The notes beneath the pieces were generated by a model, which saw only the letters and a program-made list of their open reading frames with translations, made no database searches and was not told the origin of the DNA. This document shows positions 1-13,569 of a stretch of DNA of 64,000 bases, one piece after another. The position numbers were made by a program, and so were the translations under genes. The DNA is from the human T2T-CHM13v2.0 reference genome, Homo sapiens: NCBI RefSeq assembly GCF_009914755.1, contig NC_060941.1; one strand, given 5' to 3'. Every line of letters begins with the position of its first letter. Position 1 is the first letter of the stretch.

Positions 1-1423
1 CTCTTAATTTAACAATCCTATCGAATTCTGCCAGGGAAATTGGAAAAATTTATCACCTGTGAAATTTTATTTTCCTTTGGTTGTATCTGTTTTTGTAAAA
101 CTTCATTAACGACGATGACTTGCTGAGGAAATTATCATTTTTTTTAACGTCAGACACAAGAAATGGCTCGACCTCAACCAAGATATCATTTGCATAATAA
201 AACACAACAAAAAGGCTGGAGAAGTCGGGACTGGTAGAGGCTGGAAGTGCTAGGAGAAGAAGCAGGCTCTCCTTGGAGGGTGGGTGAAGTCCCCAGCAGG
301 GCAGGGACATGTGGTCACAGTCCTGCCACTTGACTCAGGAAGCAAAGACGTAGCTTCTTCCCCAGGAAGAGATGAATGCAGTGTGGAGAGGGTTGGACGC
401 TCTTCTTAGGAAGCCTTGAAATGCAAGTTGCCTACTGATGATGCTTTCAGCAACCAGCCCTGTCTTCAGGGACTTGAGTGTTAGATTCACCTTAGCTCTT
501 AGGTTCATCTGGGATTGAGGTTCATCTGGGTTCATCTGGGATCTAAATTGTTATAAATTTAGGCTTAACTTGAATTTCTCAGCAGAGCACTGAACTCCTG
601 GCAAATTTCCATAGGAATGATCTTTCTGAATGGACTTGAAGATTAGCGTTCCTGTGGTCTAACTACTTCACAATTAAAAGGCTCAGGCTTTGGTTCTCCA
701 CTGTCTGACCCCCACTGAGCTTTGCACCATTCACCAGCTGCTGTTATCCCCACCAGACATGGCTATGCAGAAGCAGTGATGACTATACATTTTTTGAGAT
801 GCTAGTTTTCATGCCTTTGGAAGAAAGGAAATATATTGAGTAGACCTGCTGTAATGATGAGCAGATAAAACATGTTAGGGTTATTTTTAAGAGATGTGAT
901 TTGATTCATGGTATATCTGAACTAGGTAATAATGAGTTGTTCTCTATCAAGGTTTACTATCAAGGTTTGGTCTATCAAGGTATTACTAGAAAGGTTGGTC
1001 AGCATTTGCATATTTCAGAGTTTTGAAATCCTTCATAATTTTGAAGCGATTTTCCATTATTCTCACAACTACACACCAAAAAGTTGAAACTAGAGAATTT
1101 TGATGACTCATTCCAAAACTCACAATAAACCAATAAAAACCAACGTAAGTATTGTTGACTCTTTAACCTGGTGGACACATGTAAAAAGTTACTTCACATG
1201 GCATGGATAGAAGACACTCATTAATCAAATTCTTCTTGCTCCCAGAGCAAGGCAGAGCCTCATTACCCACTTCCCTACAATCTCATAAAGCGTCCCACAT
1301 TATCTCCTTCAGAGGATGAGGGTTAGATTTGGCTTCCTTTGGAATTTTCAAAGTTATTATTCTTCCACCAGGTCATGAATTTCTGAAACTAGCATAAGAT
1401 AATCAGAGGACAAAATTTCTCAC

Positions 1424-1618
1424 CTGGCAAGACTTCATAAATATCTTCTTCTTCTTTCTCCTCTGTAGGCTCTTTTATCCCCACACTCCCAGGCAAGATA
1501 GTGGGTCTGCACTGGGAACCACAACTTGGGGAGTCAAAACCATCAATATCATCATATGTCTCTTCTTTTTCTTCTTCCTCCTCATCCTCTTCATATGGAA
1601 TGGTTAAGGAGCTCAGAT
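1424..1618 (-). CDS. SKAP1: SKAP1 coding exon, 195 nt (probably exon 9): acidic linker (D)[11 protein letters not shown]...TYDDID...EEDIYEVLP
   Basis: ccttgttag|ATCTGAGC...TTGCCAG|gtgaga; matches ORF 1389..1625; phase 1-1. Confidence 0.98.
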
Positions 1619-3198
1619 CTAACAAGGCAAAGATGAGAATGAATCAAGAAACAGAGAAAAAGAAAATAAGACAGGAAAGGAAAGAGGGAGAAGGAGGAGG
1701 AGGGATGAGAGTAAAATATGTCAAATGAAAATGAAACATTAGGTTAAATGCTATTATTTCTAATGTGGGCTTTGGTGGCAGGAAATCTACAGAAAAGGCC
1801 AGAATAGCACTGCATCAGGTTTAAACCATCAACATAAATCCTTCCTTGCAATAAAACTTGATCAGAGTGAAGCAGCCTGAAAAGTATGGGTGTGTGAATG
1901 AGAACATGAGGCAAAGGGAAGAAAATAGGCCAGAAGAGGAAAAGCCAGTGTGCTGTACACAGCTTATCACGTAGAAAACTGGAAGGGTGAGTGAAGGCTT
2001 GCAGTCCTCCAGGGTACTCAGGCCATGGGAGCTAAGGTGGCCTCTGTAGGGTGCTGGAGCTGTCAGAAGCTTATCTCCCCAGTGATTTCACTGCAGAATT
2101 TCAGACAAGTTTGTTCGCAGAGAAAAAAATGGGCAACAGTGGAAGATAAAAAGAAACGGGGTATGGAAAAATATAACAGTAATACAAGACCAAATGGAAT
2201 GGCTGAACAATGCAGTTACCATGTCCTTTTGCAACTGCACAGTCTAGCTGACCTTAAAGTGGGTCACTGCATAGAAGGTGTTGAGCCATTACAGCACTGG
2301 GGAGCACCAGGGCAGGGGAGGGAGATTGGTTTTTTATTTTAATGGGGAACTGGGAATGTTCATTCTCTGATGTGTACTACAGAGTGCTCTCTGAAACCCT
2401 GCTGAGGGCCCTCTGCAGGATGGGTGAGTGCAGTCAGCATACTCTGGGGAAGGAAAGGATGGAGAGACGTCCAACTTTCATTTCAAAATGCAATAAAATT
2501 GTTTGGCTTGATTAGCCTTTTAATAAAGATTTTGCAACAATTTTCATCTGAATTTTGGTGCCACCACATACGAGGAAAAGATCAAAAACACATTTGTGGC
2601 TTAAACCATATGTTATTATTTTGTTTTAAAATAAAATGGAATGAATAATTTCTTCAATGTGGGATTCTGAAAGTACCACAGGGTACAGCTCAATAAAGCT
2701 GCTTTGAGTTTTATTGAGGTTTACACACTTAGGGGTATATTACACGCATAAATCCAAGGCACCTAGATGAGAGTGTACCCTGTAGTCTCGCCATCAATGT
2801 TCATGTTTGCCTAGTTCCAGTCTATTATACGTGACGCTGTTGGTAGATGCAATAGTTTGCTTTTGTGATAGCAAAGGCATAACTGAGTAAAACAGGCAAT
2901 TCTTGTAATTAAAGCACTGGTGCTTCCTTCTTTTTATCCACAATAAAATCTTATAGCAGAATAAAAATCTGAGATGAAAAGGCTTTGCGTTTTTAGCTTG
3001 ACGTGTGTCTTTCTAGGTCTTGGGCCATGTATAAAGTTGGTGTTTCTGCCTTTCTGCAGAACAGAGGTAGGGTCCTGCCATGATGGTAGGTGACAATTAT
3101 CTAATACCAAGTGACTAACTCAAGGTTGGCTTATTCTACCTGACAGACCACTCCCAGATAAGGCTTCCCTGGCCATTGTTTCTGCTTTGCCTACAGGC

Positions 3199-3217
3199 TG
3201 GCCAGCAGAGGGTACTC
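3199..3217 (+). promoter_or_regulatory. Possible CTCF motif
   Basis: tggCCAGCAGAGGGTAct matches CCASYAGRKGGCR at 12/13 positions; motif only. Confidence 0.3.
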
Positions 3218-3763
3218 TAAGAGCAGTCATTTACCATCTTCAGGCAGGACTCTTCCCATCCCAAAGCAAGGAACATCTTATTGTGGCTTGGGAAATAACA
3301 GTTTGTTTTTAATGTCCAATGTCCCTGAAGACCATCTAGATTGGTTTAGATTTCTACTTCCTCCTAAGACTAAAATAAGGAGATTTTGAACCTCAATTGC
3401 AACTAGATGACTTTAAGTTGGATATTATGAATTTCCTTTCCAGAATATAAGGGGTTAGGAGACACCGAATTGGGCTGAGCTGATTTTTAGAATCTCCTTT
3501 TCTAGTGATTTTGAATATTACAGACTTGCCTGTAGGTAGGTGGATGAGCTATGATACCAGAGGTCCTCCCAAGGTTGATACTGTCTTTATCTTCTCATTC
3601 ACACATAGTACTATTTGTTGTTGTAATATGGGGAATGTGGTAGGAAAGGTAGAGGTGAGAAAGGGCAGAAAAAATACATACTGAAGTCTGTAGATTATAT
3701 TTATGCAACATAACTTCAACTGCAAATCAACTCAAGTATTATTTCTGTAACAATGACACTTAC

Positions 3764-3827
3764 CCTTTAACAAGAAACTTATTTGATCCACCCAGTCTCT
3801 GGCTTCTGCTGGACTAGTAGCTGTAAA
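3764..3827 (-). CDS. SKAP1: SKAP1 coding exon, 64 nt (probably exon 8): [21 protein letters not shown](D), PH C-terminal helix
   Basis: ttctctag|TTTACAG...TTAAAGG|gtaagt; carries the conserved PH helix Trp. Confidence 0.97.
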
Positions 3828-6095
3828 CTAGAGAAAAATCAGTGAATTAATTTATCACTGTCACTAAAATTTCCATGAATCTTGACAGGGATGTCCAAGG
3901 GGGAGGAACCACTGAGTTTCAGAGTCAAGTTTAAAGCTCAGGATTCTCTGCCTGCTTAACATATAGAAAAAAGACCAAATATTTCACTCAAACTGATTTT
4001 TTCCTTCTGCAATTTTGCATACCCAGAGATGACAGCTCTTTGAGTCTAGACATTCATGTCCTTGTGCATTCTTTCATTTGATTATCTATTCCTTCATCAG
4101 ACATTTATTTGAGAAAAGTTTACAAGAAAAAGAAGCAAACCAACCCACACACATGAAACGGGAACACTAAAAGGAGGCACATTTTGTAACAACCGGATAT
4201 CAAGAGGAGACAGGGAGCACCTGTTGTTGCCTAGAGTAGGTCAGAGTGGCTTGCTGAAATAATACCATTTTGGCTGGATTTTAAAGAAGAGTTGGTGGAA
4301 ACTGGTGGACAGAGTTGGACATTTTAGGTAGGCAGGCCTATGTGCAAAAGAACAGGAATGAGAACATGACTTATGGGGAAGCCTGGCAGATCAGCTTGAC
4401 TGAAGAACAATAACAGATGAAGTTGGAGAGTTGAGGGTCAGAGAAGAGTTGGTAAAAGGGCTCTGAGTACTAGGAGTTCAGAGTTAAAATGCAGGCAACA
4501 GGAAGCCACTATCAGCTCTAGCAAAAGGAGTGGGGGATTCTTTCAATAGTAGTGAGTAGGAAGGATTGGAATAGAGAAATCTGGAGGCAGAAGACCAACT
4601 GGTCCTCTGGATGAAGTGACAGGAACTTAACTATTGTGATAGCTGTGGGAATAAATAAGAAGGGAAAGAGCCAAAGGATATCGTAGAAGAAGAATCCACA
4701 GACCATGGTAACGATTTGGATTCAATAGGCCAAAGAAAAGAAGTAAATAAAGTACATTCTGATTAACAAAATAGGCCAGTCAAGCATCAGCCTTTAGTAA
4801 TTTTTTTATTTTAAATGAATCAACTTGAAATAATTGTTCCTGAAAAATATTTTAATTATCTGGCCATTAGGGTAAGGTAAAGGTATATGCTATACAAAGA
4901 AACTGGATTCCTGCATAATGCTTATTAATAGACATTGTTATTCTTGATTTCTTAAAAACAAATTTCTATAAAAACATTTCTAGAAATACTGGTTTAGACT
5001 TGTTACGTAAACTTTTACCTGGATGTGTTACTATCAGAATGTAATAATAAAAATAACTAGGAACATATTCAGTGCATAGATCTATATTATATATATTCAT
5101 AAAGGACTCTATAGAAAAGTTTTAGTTCAAATTTCAAAAAATTTCTGGAAATTACATAATGAAGACCTAGGTCCTTTAACAAAATAAGAGTTAAGATACT
5201 GTAGAAATAAAAAAGAAGAATGCTGAGAAAAGTCTGAAGACTAAAAGTGTTACTTAAGTGGTTAATTTACTCTTAGTATGGTGTTTTCCTTTTTCATAAG
5301 CTAAAGTTTTTCTAAATTGCTTTAATAAAATTGTGATAAGATAAAAATTACCAAAAAGCAGGAAACAATACACACACACATGCAAACATACATTTTTGGT
5401 GAAAATCACTATATTTCCACAGTCAGAAATTTTTAAATTTTATTGGTCATTCAGCATGAAGATGGCAAAAATAAAATAAAACACATTAATTTTATAATGA
5501 GGTAAAGATTCAAACTGAGCACAGTACGGAATAAGTCTTTCTTGCCCCAACCAGGTCCTCTAGTCCTTCAATTATTATTGTTACTATCGTCACCAATATC
5601 TTAGAAATCCTTCCAGAGATATGCAAAGCATCTACACACAGGAAGATTATTTTGGATAGCAAGATGAACATGGGAAAATAATTTTTTTTTCACTCTACAG
5701 TTAGATCTTTTTTTGGGATTTCATGGAAGGAAGTGAAGAAAATCAGTCGAAGAATAAAGAGAATGGGAATTTAAACCATAAAATCAGAGACTATAAGTAA
5801 GGAATTTGATTGTGTGCTGCAATTGACAAGCATCTCACCTATGAAGTGAAATTGAGAAGGGGAGGAATGAAGGATGGAAGCCAAGCAAAGTCTGTATCTA
5901 AGATGAGAGTGGCAACAGAGGGGAGGGTGTGGCATAGCAAATATGAGGACATGCCAAGAAATAGGGTCTTCGTTGGCATGAAATGAGCAGGTAACAAAGA
6001 AAGGCTGGAACCCAGCATAGCAACCATGGCTCACATGCAATACAGAAGGAAACTGCAACACCAAGAAGGATCACCATCTCCTTGATGCGTCCTAC

Positions 6096-6220
6096 CTCAT
6101 AGCTGCGCCTATCCTGGGAGGTCAGTTCAAAGCAGGATTCTTTCTTGGAATCTCTTCGCAGGTGGGGGGCCATCCGTACACTGTAGCCCTTAATGAGGAA
6201 GGTCCCTTTGGGCTGCTTGC
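6096..6220 (-). CDS. SKAP1: SKAP1 coding exon, 125 nt (probably exon 7): (S)[41 protein letters not shown]
   Basis: tcttgcag|GCAAGCAG...TATGAG|gtagga; partly visible in ORF 5898..6173; frame continuous with neighbouring exons. Confidence 0.97.
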
Positions 6221-7123
6221 CTGCAAGACAGGAAAGCTCCCTGTATCCCTAGAGAGATGCAACTGCCAAGGGAAGGCATCCTCTCTGGTATGTAAAATAA
6301 AAGCACAGAAACAGCTGTTACATCCCTGAGGAACCACAATAGTCAAGGAAAGGTTATTAGAGAAGCTTAAGAAGAGGCTACTGCGACAGTAAGGCAGATA
6401 TCACTGCCAAGCTAGGGAAATGCAACGTGAAAGGTTATTTTGCCAAAAGAGTACAACAGAGACAGAGAATTTATTAGAATGTTAAGAGATCTATAACAAC
6501 AGAAAGAAGGAATTATTACAGCAGAGAGAGTGTGGCTGTAAATGTGAGGCTCTTGAAGGCTATTATAAAGCTGAAACATTATTATCAGGGCCAGCAGAGC
6601 TCACATTTGAGGGGAGGGACAGCAGCACAGGGGGGCATTATAAGGTCCCAGAATCGCCTCCCATGCCCTATGTAGCATTTGGGCTAAACTTCTCTTCCCC
6701 TTCCCTGCTGGTCAGGTGGGAATTTATGCCAGAGGGAGAATAATTAAAACTCAGTATTTTATCCTCCTTGTAAGAGGTCAACCTGGGAAGTAGCAGAATA
6801 ACGTTGAGTATTATTAGATGACGAGGAAGGAGATAAAAGGAAAAGGACCATAAGTGAAGAGAGACTATTCTGCTTGTCACTACTTAAAAAAAATGTTAGA
6901 AACAGAAAAAGAGGAGGTGACTCTCAAGAATTTTGTATCCTCATTGTGTGGGTCAGGCAGAACACACAGAGAACAGGAACCACAGTGTCTGGGATGCTTT
7001 GAGCTCTATATCATGTGAAATGAATTGCTTAATAAATGCCTTTTGATGATGATAATGATGACAAGGATGGCAGTGCGATGCCAATATTAAAAAAGAAAGA
7101 AGAAGAAAAAAGACTGTGCTCAC

Positions 7124-7132
7124 CTGGTTGAG
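7124..7132 (-). other. Candidate 9-nt in-frame microexon CTCAACCAG
   Basis: tttgtgtatttcttttag|CTCAACCAG|gtgagc; splice signals only, no expression evidence. Confidence 0.3.
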
Positions 7133-7827
7133 CTAAAAGAAATACACAAACACTATTCTTACTAAGAAAATGTCATGGGCACAGTAAGAAATAACTGGCG
7201 AGAAGGGAGCCATGGAACAGTGCTTTTTGACACCAGAATCTTTTTTGTTAAAGTATCTCTCCTTGTTCTAACTGGCCACTAAAATGTTTTGTTGTTTCTT
7301 TGGTCACCAGATTTTATTTCACCCTAATGGCAAAATGGTCAATAAAAGCTTCCGAGTCTCTTGCTCTTGCTCTCCCTGCTCCTCTCTCACCGTGAGTATG
7401 GAAGATTCTGAATGAACAGATGTGACACACCTGGTTTTATATCTAGATATGCCAACCACTTATTTAAATGCAAAATAAATGATGAACATATTTACAGTGA
7501 GAAGTGTCATATTAGTTTGAAGTTTTAAAATAAGAAAAGAACAACTGGCTGGATTGAATGCCTATAATTTAGAGGAGAAATTGTGGTTGCTGGGTTGGAG
7601 AGTGGGCTGGGGGTTGGAAGGACACAGAGGACTTGTAGCTCAGTTTACAAACTATGCTGTTATCCTTCCCAAACAGGGCTTTAGCCTTTGCCCCTAGATG
7701 CGAAATGTTCTGAGGAATCTAGGATGGTGAAAGGTAGGCAAAGGTCTGTGATAACTACTGCAGGCAGTGTGAGACAATTGCTTGGGCAAATCTTAAGGAT
7801 TTCAAGTCACTTAGCAAAGCTGCAGTT

Positions 7828-7828
7828 T

Positions 7829-7871
<43 letters not shown>

Positions 7872-8145
7872 TGGTTGAGACAGAGTCTCGCTCTGTTGCC
7901 CAGGGTGGAGTGCAGTGGCGTGATCTCGGCTCACCACAACCTCCACCTCCTGGGTTCAAGCAATTCTCCTGCCTCAGCCTACAGGCACATGCCACCATGC
8001 CTGGCTAATTTTTGTATTTTTAGTAGTAGAGACGGGGTTTCACTATGTTGGCCAGGTTGGTCTTGAACTCCTGACCTCATGATCTGCCTGCCTTGGCCTC
8101 CTCCCAAAGTGCTGGGATTACAGGCGTGAGCCACTGTGCCTGGCC
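7828..8145 (-). mobile_element. AluS with (TTTA)n tail and small internal deletion
   Basis: Alu consensus; TSD caaagctgcagtt at 7815-7827 and 8146-8158. Confidence 0.95.
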
Positions 8146-9218
8146 CAAAGCTGCAGTTCTTTCCACTACCTTAGTGCCACAGGTGCAGGAAGTACAAAGG
8201 CAACTGGGTGGGTGTCTGATTATTCCCTATATTGGATATCCAGGCACTGGGAAAGCACTAAGTTTGAGGAAGGAGAAACAGAAAATGATTGCAAGGAAAA
8301 AGAAGAGTCTACTCAAACTGTATCGCTGGCCTCTGTACGAAGGTGCACAGTACAAGGAAAGCCCCAAGAAGAATTGATGCTTTTTAAACTTTGTCTCCCT
8401 CTTGCGTCTTAGAATTACTCCTGGGGCAGTCCAACTCTGTAGAAGAGTATCCCCTATTCGAAAGTTTGCATTCATCTATAATAATAATTTTTAGCTTGTC
8501 TTTATTTGTAATTGCCTCCAATTGTGCTTATATCCTCTATTTCTTTTCATAAACCAATCAATTACATTAAACATGGATGGGAGGTCTTCTAGGGTTAGCT
8601 CATGAGTGTTGACTTGATTAAGTCAGTGGTGGCTCATTACGAAACTATCTCTGGCCCGAGTCAACACTTCACTGCTGCTGTCATCTGGCTGAAGGGCATG
8701 CCTTGGGTACAGCAACCATTTGGGTCTCAATATTCCATGGCTATAGGAATGTCCACTGGACTACTTACTTACTAGCAGTCATGAAGATAAAGCAGGGAGC
8801 ATGCCCTTAGGGGGTTCTATTTCTGGGCCATTGTTTAAGTTCTTTAAGTCTTTCTCAGAATTAATTTATTTCAATTTTTAGCTATGGTATTGATGCCTGT
8901 AAAGAGTTTGAAGTTCTTTTTATTTTTTTTAAAAACCAAAACATTCAACTTTGATAATGTGTTGTTAATCATCATAAAAGATAACCATTTGATGTGCTGA
9001 CCACACTCTTAGTGTTTAAAGGTGAAATAATTTCTAAATTGGGTTCTGCTTTTTCGGTGATGGGCAAGGTATTATTTGTCCATGCCAATTTCTTTCCTAA
9101 GCATGTCCCTTTATGGGTGTTAGTTAAGGACTGCTATCTTGGGATCTAAGTGCTTGAGAATTTACGAAGTGTTTGCATCCAGGAGTGAGATGCTGCTGTG
9201 TAAATGAAGAACACTTAC

Positions 9219-9302
9219 TCTTCTCATTAGCATAGTAGTAGAAGAGACCTCTGCTGACAACACACCATCGCTTCTGCCACTCCGATCCAAAGAAACTATG
9301 AT
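9219..9302 (-). CDS. SKAP1: SKAP1 coding exon, 84 nt (probably exon 6): (D)[27 protein letters not shown](S)
   Basis: ctgtttag|ATCATAG...GAGAAGA|gtaagt; PH motif WQKRWCVV...LFYY; phase 1-1. Confidence 0.97.
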
Positions 9303-9778
9303 CTAAACAGAACAGCAGTAGGGGACATAAATTCAGGTAACTACCATCATTGAAGAGTCTGTAAAATCCAACAACATACAGTCCAGTGTGTTATTGTTTT
9401 ATTTCCCAGGTTAATGGACTGTAAAACCCTCCTTTTCACTCCCACACGTTATCCCATATTGACTCAGGGTCCAGGGGACTAGCTCAGTCAAAGGTCCAAG
9501 TTCTAAACAGGGTTGCCTGCTCTGTGCCCCCACAGCTGTCTTTTTATCTAGACTCCTTTATATCTTTCGGGTTCTAATCTCATCCTGTACATTTTCAAAC
9601 TCTCCATTATATCTTTATGTGTTGCCTTTGACAAAGCAAAATGATTCTCCAGGCCTTGGCCATGAAAGAGCCTTTGTTTTGGTGCTGAGCCAATTTGCCT
9701 GTTGAGTGTTAAACCTGAGATGCCAACTCTAGTGGTACCTACTCTAATTAAATGAGTTAAAGGTCAAGAGTTGGGTTT

Positions 9779-10092
9779 GAAGGCAGAAGTGGTGGCTCAC
9801 ATCTGTAATCCCAGCACTTTGGGAGGCTGAGATGGGAAGTATGCTTAAAGCCAGGAGTTTGAGACCAGCCTGGGCAACAAAGTGAGACCTTGTCTCTATA
9901 AAAAAATAATAAAATAGCCAGGCACAGTTGTGTGCACCTGTTGTCTCAGCTCTTTGACAGGCTGAAGTGGGAGCATTGCTTGAGCCCAGGATTGGAGGCT
10001 GCAGTGAGCTATGATGGCGCTACTGTATTCCAGCCTTGGTAATAGAGGGAGATCCTATCTTAAAACAAAAAAAGAAAGAAAGAAAAAAAAAA
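9779..10092 (+). mobile_element. AluJ-type element
   Basis: Diverged dimer; left TSD aagagttgggttt at 9766-9778. Confidence 0.9.
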
Positions 10093-10400
10093 GGCCGGGT
10101 GTGGTGGCTCATGCCTGTAATCCCAGTACTTTGGGAGGCTGAGGCGGGCAGATCACTTGAGGCCAGGAATTTAAGACCAGCCTGGCCAACATGATGAAAT
10201 CCTGTCTCTGCTAAAAATATGAAAAATTAGCTGGGCATGGTGGCACGCACCTGTAGTCCCAGTTACTCAGGAGGCTGAGACAGCAGAATCGCTTGAACCA
10301 GGAGGTGGAGGTTGCAGTGTGCCAGGTTCACACCCACTGCACTACAGAGTGAGACTCTGTCTCAAACAACAACAACAACAATAACAAAAACAAAAAACAA
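10093..10400 (+). mobile_element. AluS in the tail of the preceding AluJ
   Basis: Dimer with (CAA)n tail; second aagagttgggttt copy at 10401-10413. Confidence 0.9.
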
Positions 10401-10798
10401 AAGAGTTGGGTTTATCTGAAATTTGAAAGTAGACTGCTTCACATATGATATAAAAACTACACAGTGGGAGCACACTGAGAGATGAGGACAAGAACACCAT
10501 TCATGGATTCAACAAGTTTTATCAAGCACCTGTCACATACCAGGCATTGGGGATACAGAGGTGAGCAGGACATAACCATCCCTATCCTGATGAAGCTTAC
10601 AGTCTGCTCAAGGCTGGGACATCTCTCTTTAGCCTACACGAAAACACCAGACTCCTTTCCTTTCCTTGCTTTGCTTTTGCCTTGTATCCGCCTAGCACAG
10701 TACCGGGCACAGAGAAGGCATCCAATGTGTTAGCCTTCTTTTTCCTCACTTCCCTTCCCTTCCTGGAATGTTCTGAAATCTGTGGGTCTGACCAATAC

Positions 10799-10876
10799 CT
10801 TTGCTTTTCTTCTCCAAGTATCCTTGCTTGATTACGTTATCAAGTTCTTGAGCTCCTTTTACGATGTCTTCCATTC
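10799..10876 (-). CDS. SKAP1: SKAP1 coding exon, 78 nt (probably exon 5): (G)[25 protein letters not shown](D), start of PH domain
   Basis: Minus strand reads ccttttag|GAATGGAAGAC...AGCAAAG|gtattg; phase 1-1; peptide matches SKAP1 as I recall it ([10 protein letters not shown] = PH beta1). Confidence 0.97.
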
Positions 10877-11021
10877 CTAAAAGGACCAATGGCAAAATGC
10901 TTTATTGAAACCTGGCAAAATTTTCATTTATTTAGGCTACTTTAGGTAATTCACATTAATAACAGAGTACAAAAAGGGCAATTGCTTAAACACAGTACAA
11001 AATAAAACAATTTCTGTATGA

Positions 11022-11378
<357 letters not shown>

Positions 11379-11486
11379 TAATGCTAAAATTGCTTAAAAC
11401 TATCTAAATATACACTAATTTGTAGTAAGGTGAGGTAGCGTAAATATGCACTGATGGGCAGGAAAAGGACTCCAGAAAATTAAGAA

Positions 11487-11788
<302 letters not shown>

Positions 11789-12080
11789 AAACTTAAGAAT
11801 TTTTTTGTGGATATAAGTTCCAAGTTGGATAAACCTCACTGAGATAATCAAAAGTCAAATGAATAGCTACCAGCACAGACAGCTTTAATGAGTAATAGAT
11901 TCCACCATAAACGTAGTCACCTAAGAGGGAGCAATAAATACACACTCAATTTTTTTTCTCTTAACAAACAGATAGCCATCTCTGTGAACATAAATTTTTT
12001 TAAGTTCATAGAAGAAGGGCTATGCAAGCTGAACTTAGCAATAACTGTCAAATCCTGATTTCTTAAAAGTCTGAGAAAGA

Positions 12081-12397
<317 letters not shown>

Positions 12398-13410
12398 CTA
12401 AGAACTGTAAAAGGCTTCACAAATAATACCCTGAAACTTACATCAGCCTTTAACTGTATGCTGCTAACATTCTTGGCTTTCAATTAGCCTTGTTAGGTAC
12501 AAATTTATTGAGAAGTCAAGATCCTAATCCATCTTCCTCCACTGGGGTTTATACTTACTTCACAGAAGGGAGGGACAAAGGATGGAGACAAAGAAGGAAT
12601 TTACTTCTCAAAAAATAAAATGAAAGAAGAATGAAAAAAAAAGCCTCTTTTAAGAACACACTCCACATTTCTTAATTAGGCAAAATGAAGGTAATTGGGC
12701 TAGCGGTATTTTAACATTTATTCTTTTTAGTCCCAGAACTCAAATCTCTTTTGGATTGTCTTAAATAATTTATGAAGCAAACCAAATACAAAACAAAGTA
12801 AGGCATAACTACATATGAATCAACTGGGCCACCTATAGAGTATCTTGAGAGTTATGGTTGAAATAACTTTTTTTCAAACAATTGTTTTTTGAACATTTCC
12901 TACAATAACATTTATTCAATGGTGGCTATGAGCTGGCACTTTGCTCAGTGCTTTTCCTACTTTTTGTTTTAAAATAACATCTACGACAATTTAAAATGCA
13001 ATCAAAATTACATTTTGCTTTAAAGCTGTTTCAAGCTTAGTTATAAAAAGGTAGATCAGAAGAGCCTCTTTTTCTGTTTTTAAGTGTGTCTATGTGCCTG
13101 ATTTTTTATCCAATTGGTCCTTATTGTTAACCTCCTTGTTCATGGACTACTTTTATTTGTGTGTTTCACAGTTAGCAAACTATGTGGTTGCCATAAATCC
13201 TTTTAATCAATCTCAGGGTGCACGCATGAGATGAACAGCAGCAAAGGAAAGTTCATTTTTCTAGGGTTCTTTCATTTCTCCTACCCCTCTGAAAACACCC
13301 TCCAAGGAAACAGTAGCAGATTCTACTGAGGGTGAGGCATTGAGTGGGGTGAGGACCAGTTATAGAAGAGAAGGCTCTCTGAAGTGCTGTCAAAAAATTG
13401 CTCCTGGGGA

Positions 13411-13569
13411 GGCCAGGTGTGGTGGCACAAACCTGTAGTCCCAGCTACTTGGAGGCTGAGGTAGGAGGATCTCTTGAGTCCAGGAGTTCAAGGCTGCAGT
13501 GAGCTGTGATTGAACCACTTCACAACAGCCTGGGGACAGAGCGAGACTCTGCCTCTTAAAAAAAAAAAA
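13411..13569 (+). mobile_element. FRAM/FAM-type Alu monomer
   Basis: Single right-arm-like monomer; TSD aaaaaattgctcctgg. Confidence 0.88.

Noticed and set aside
500-985. Triple short repeats ttcatctggg (~504-541) and ctatcaaggt (~944-981)
   Set aside because: Local slippage duplications; no CRISPR-like or regular spacer structure.
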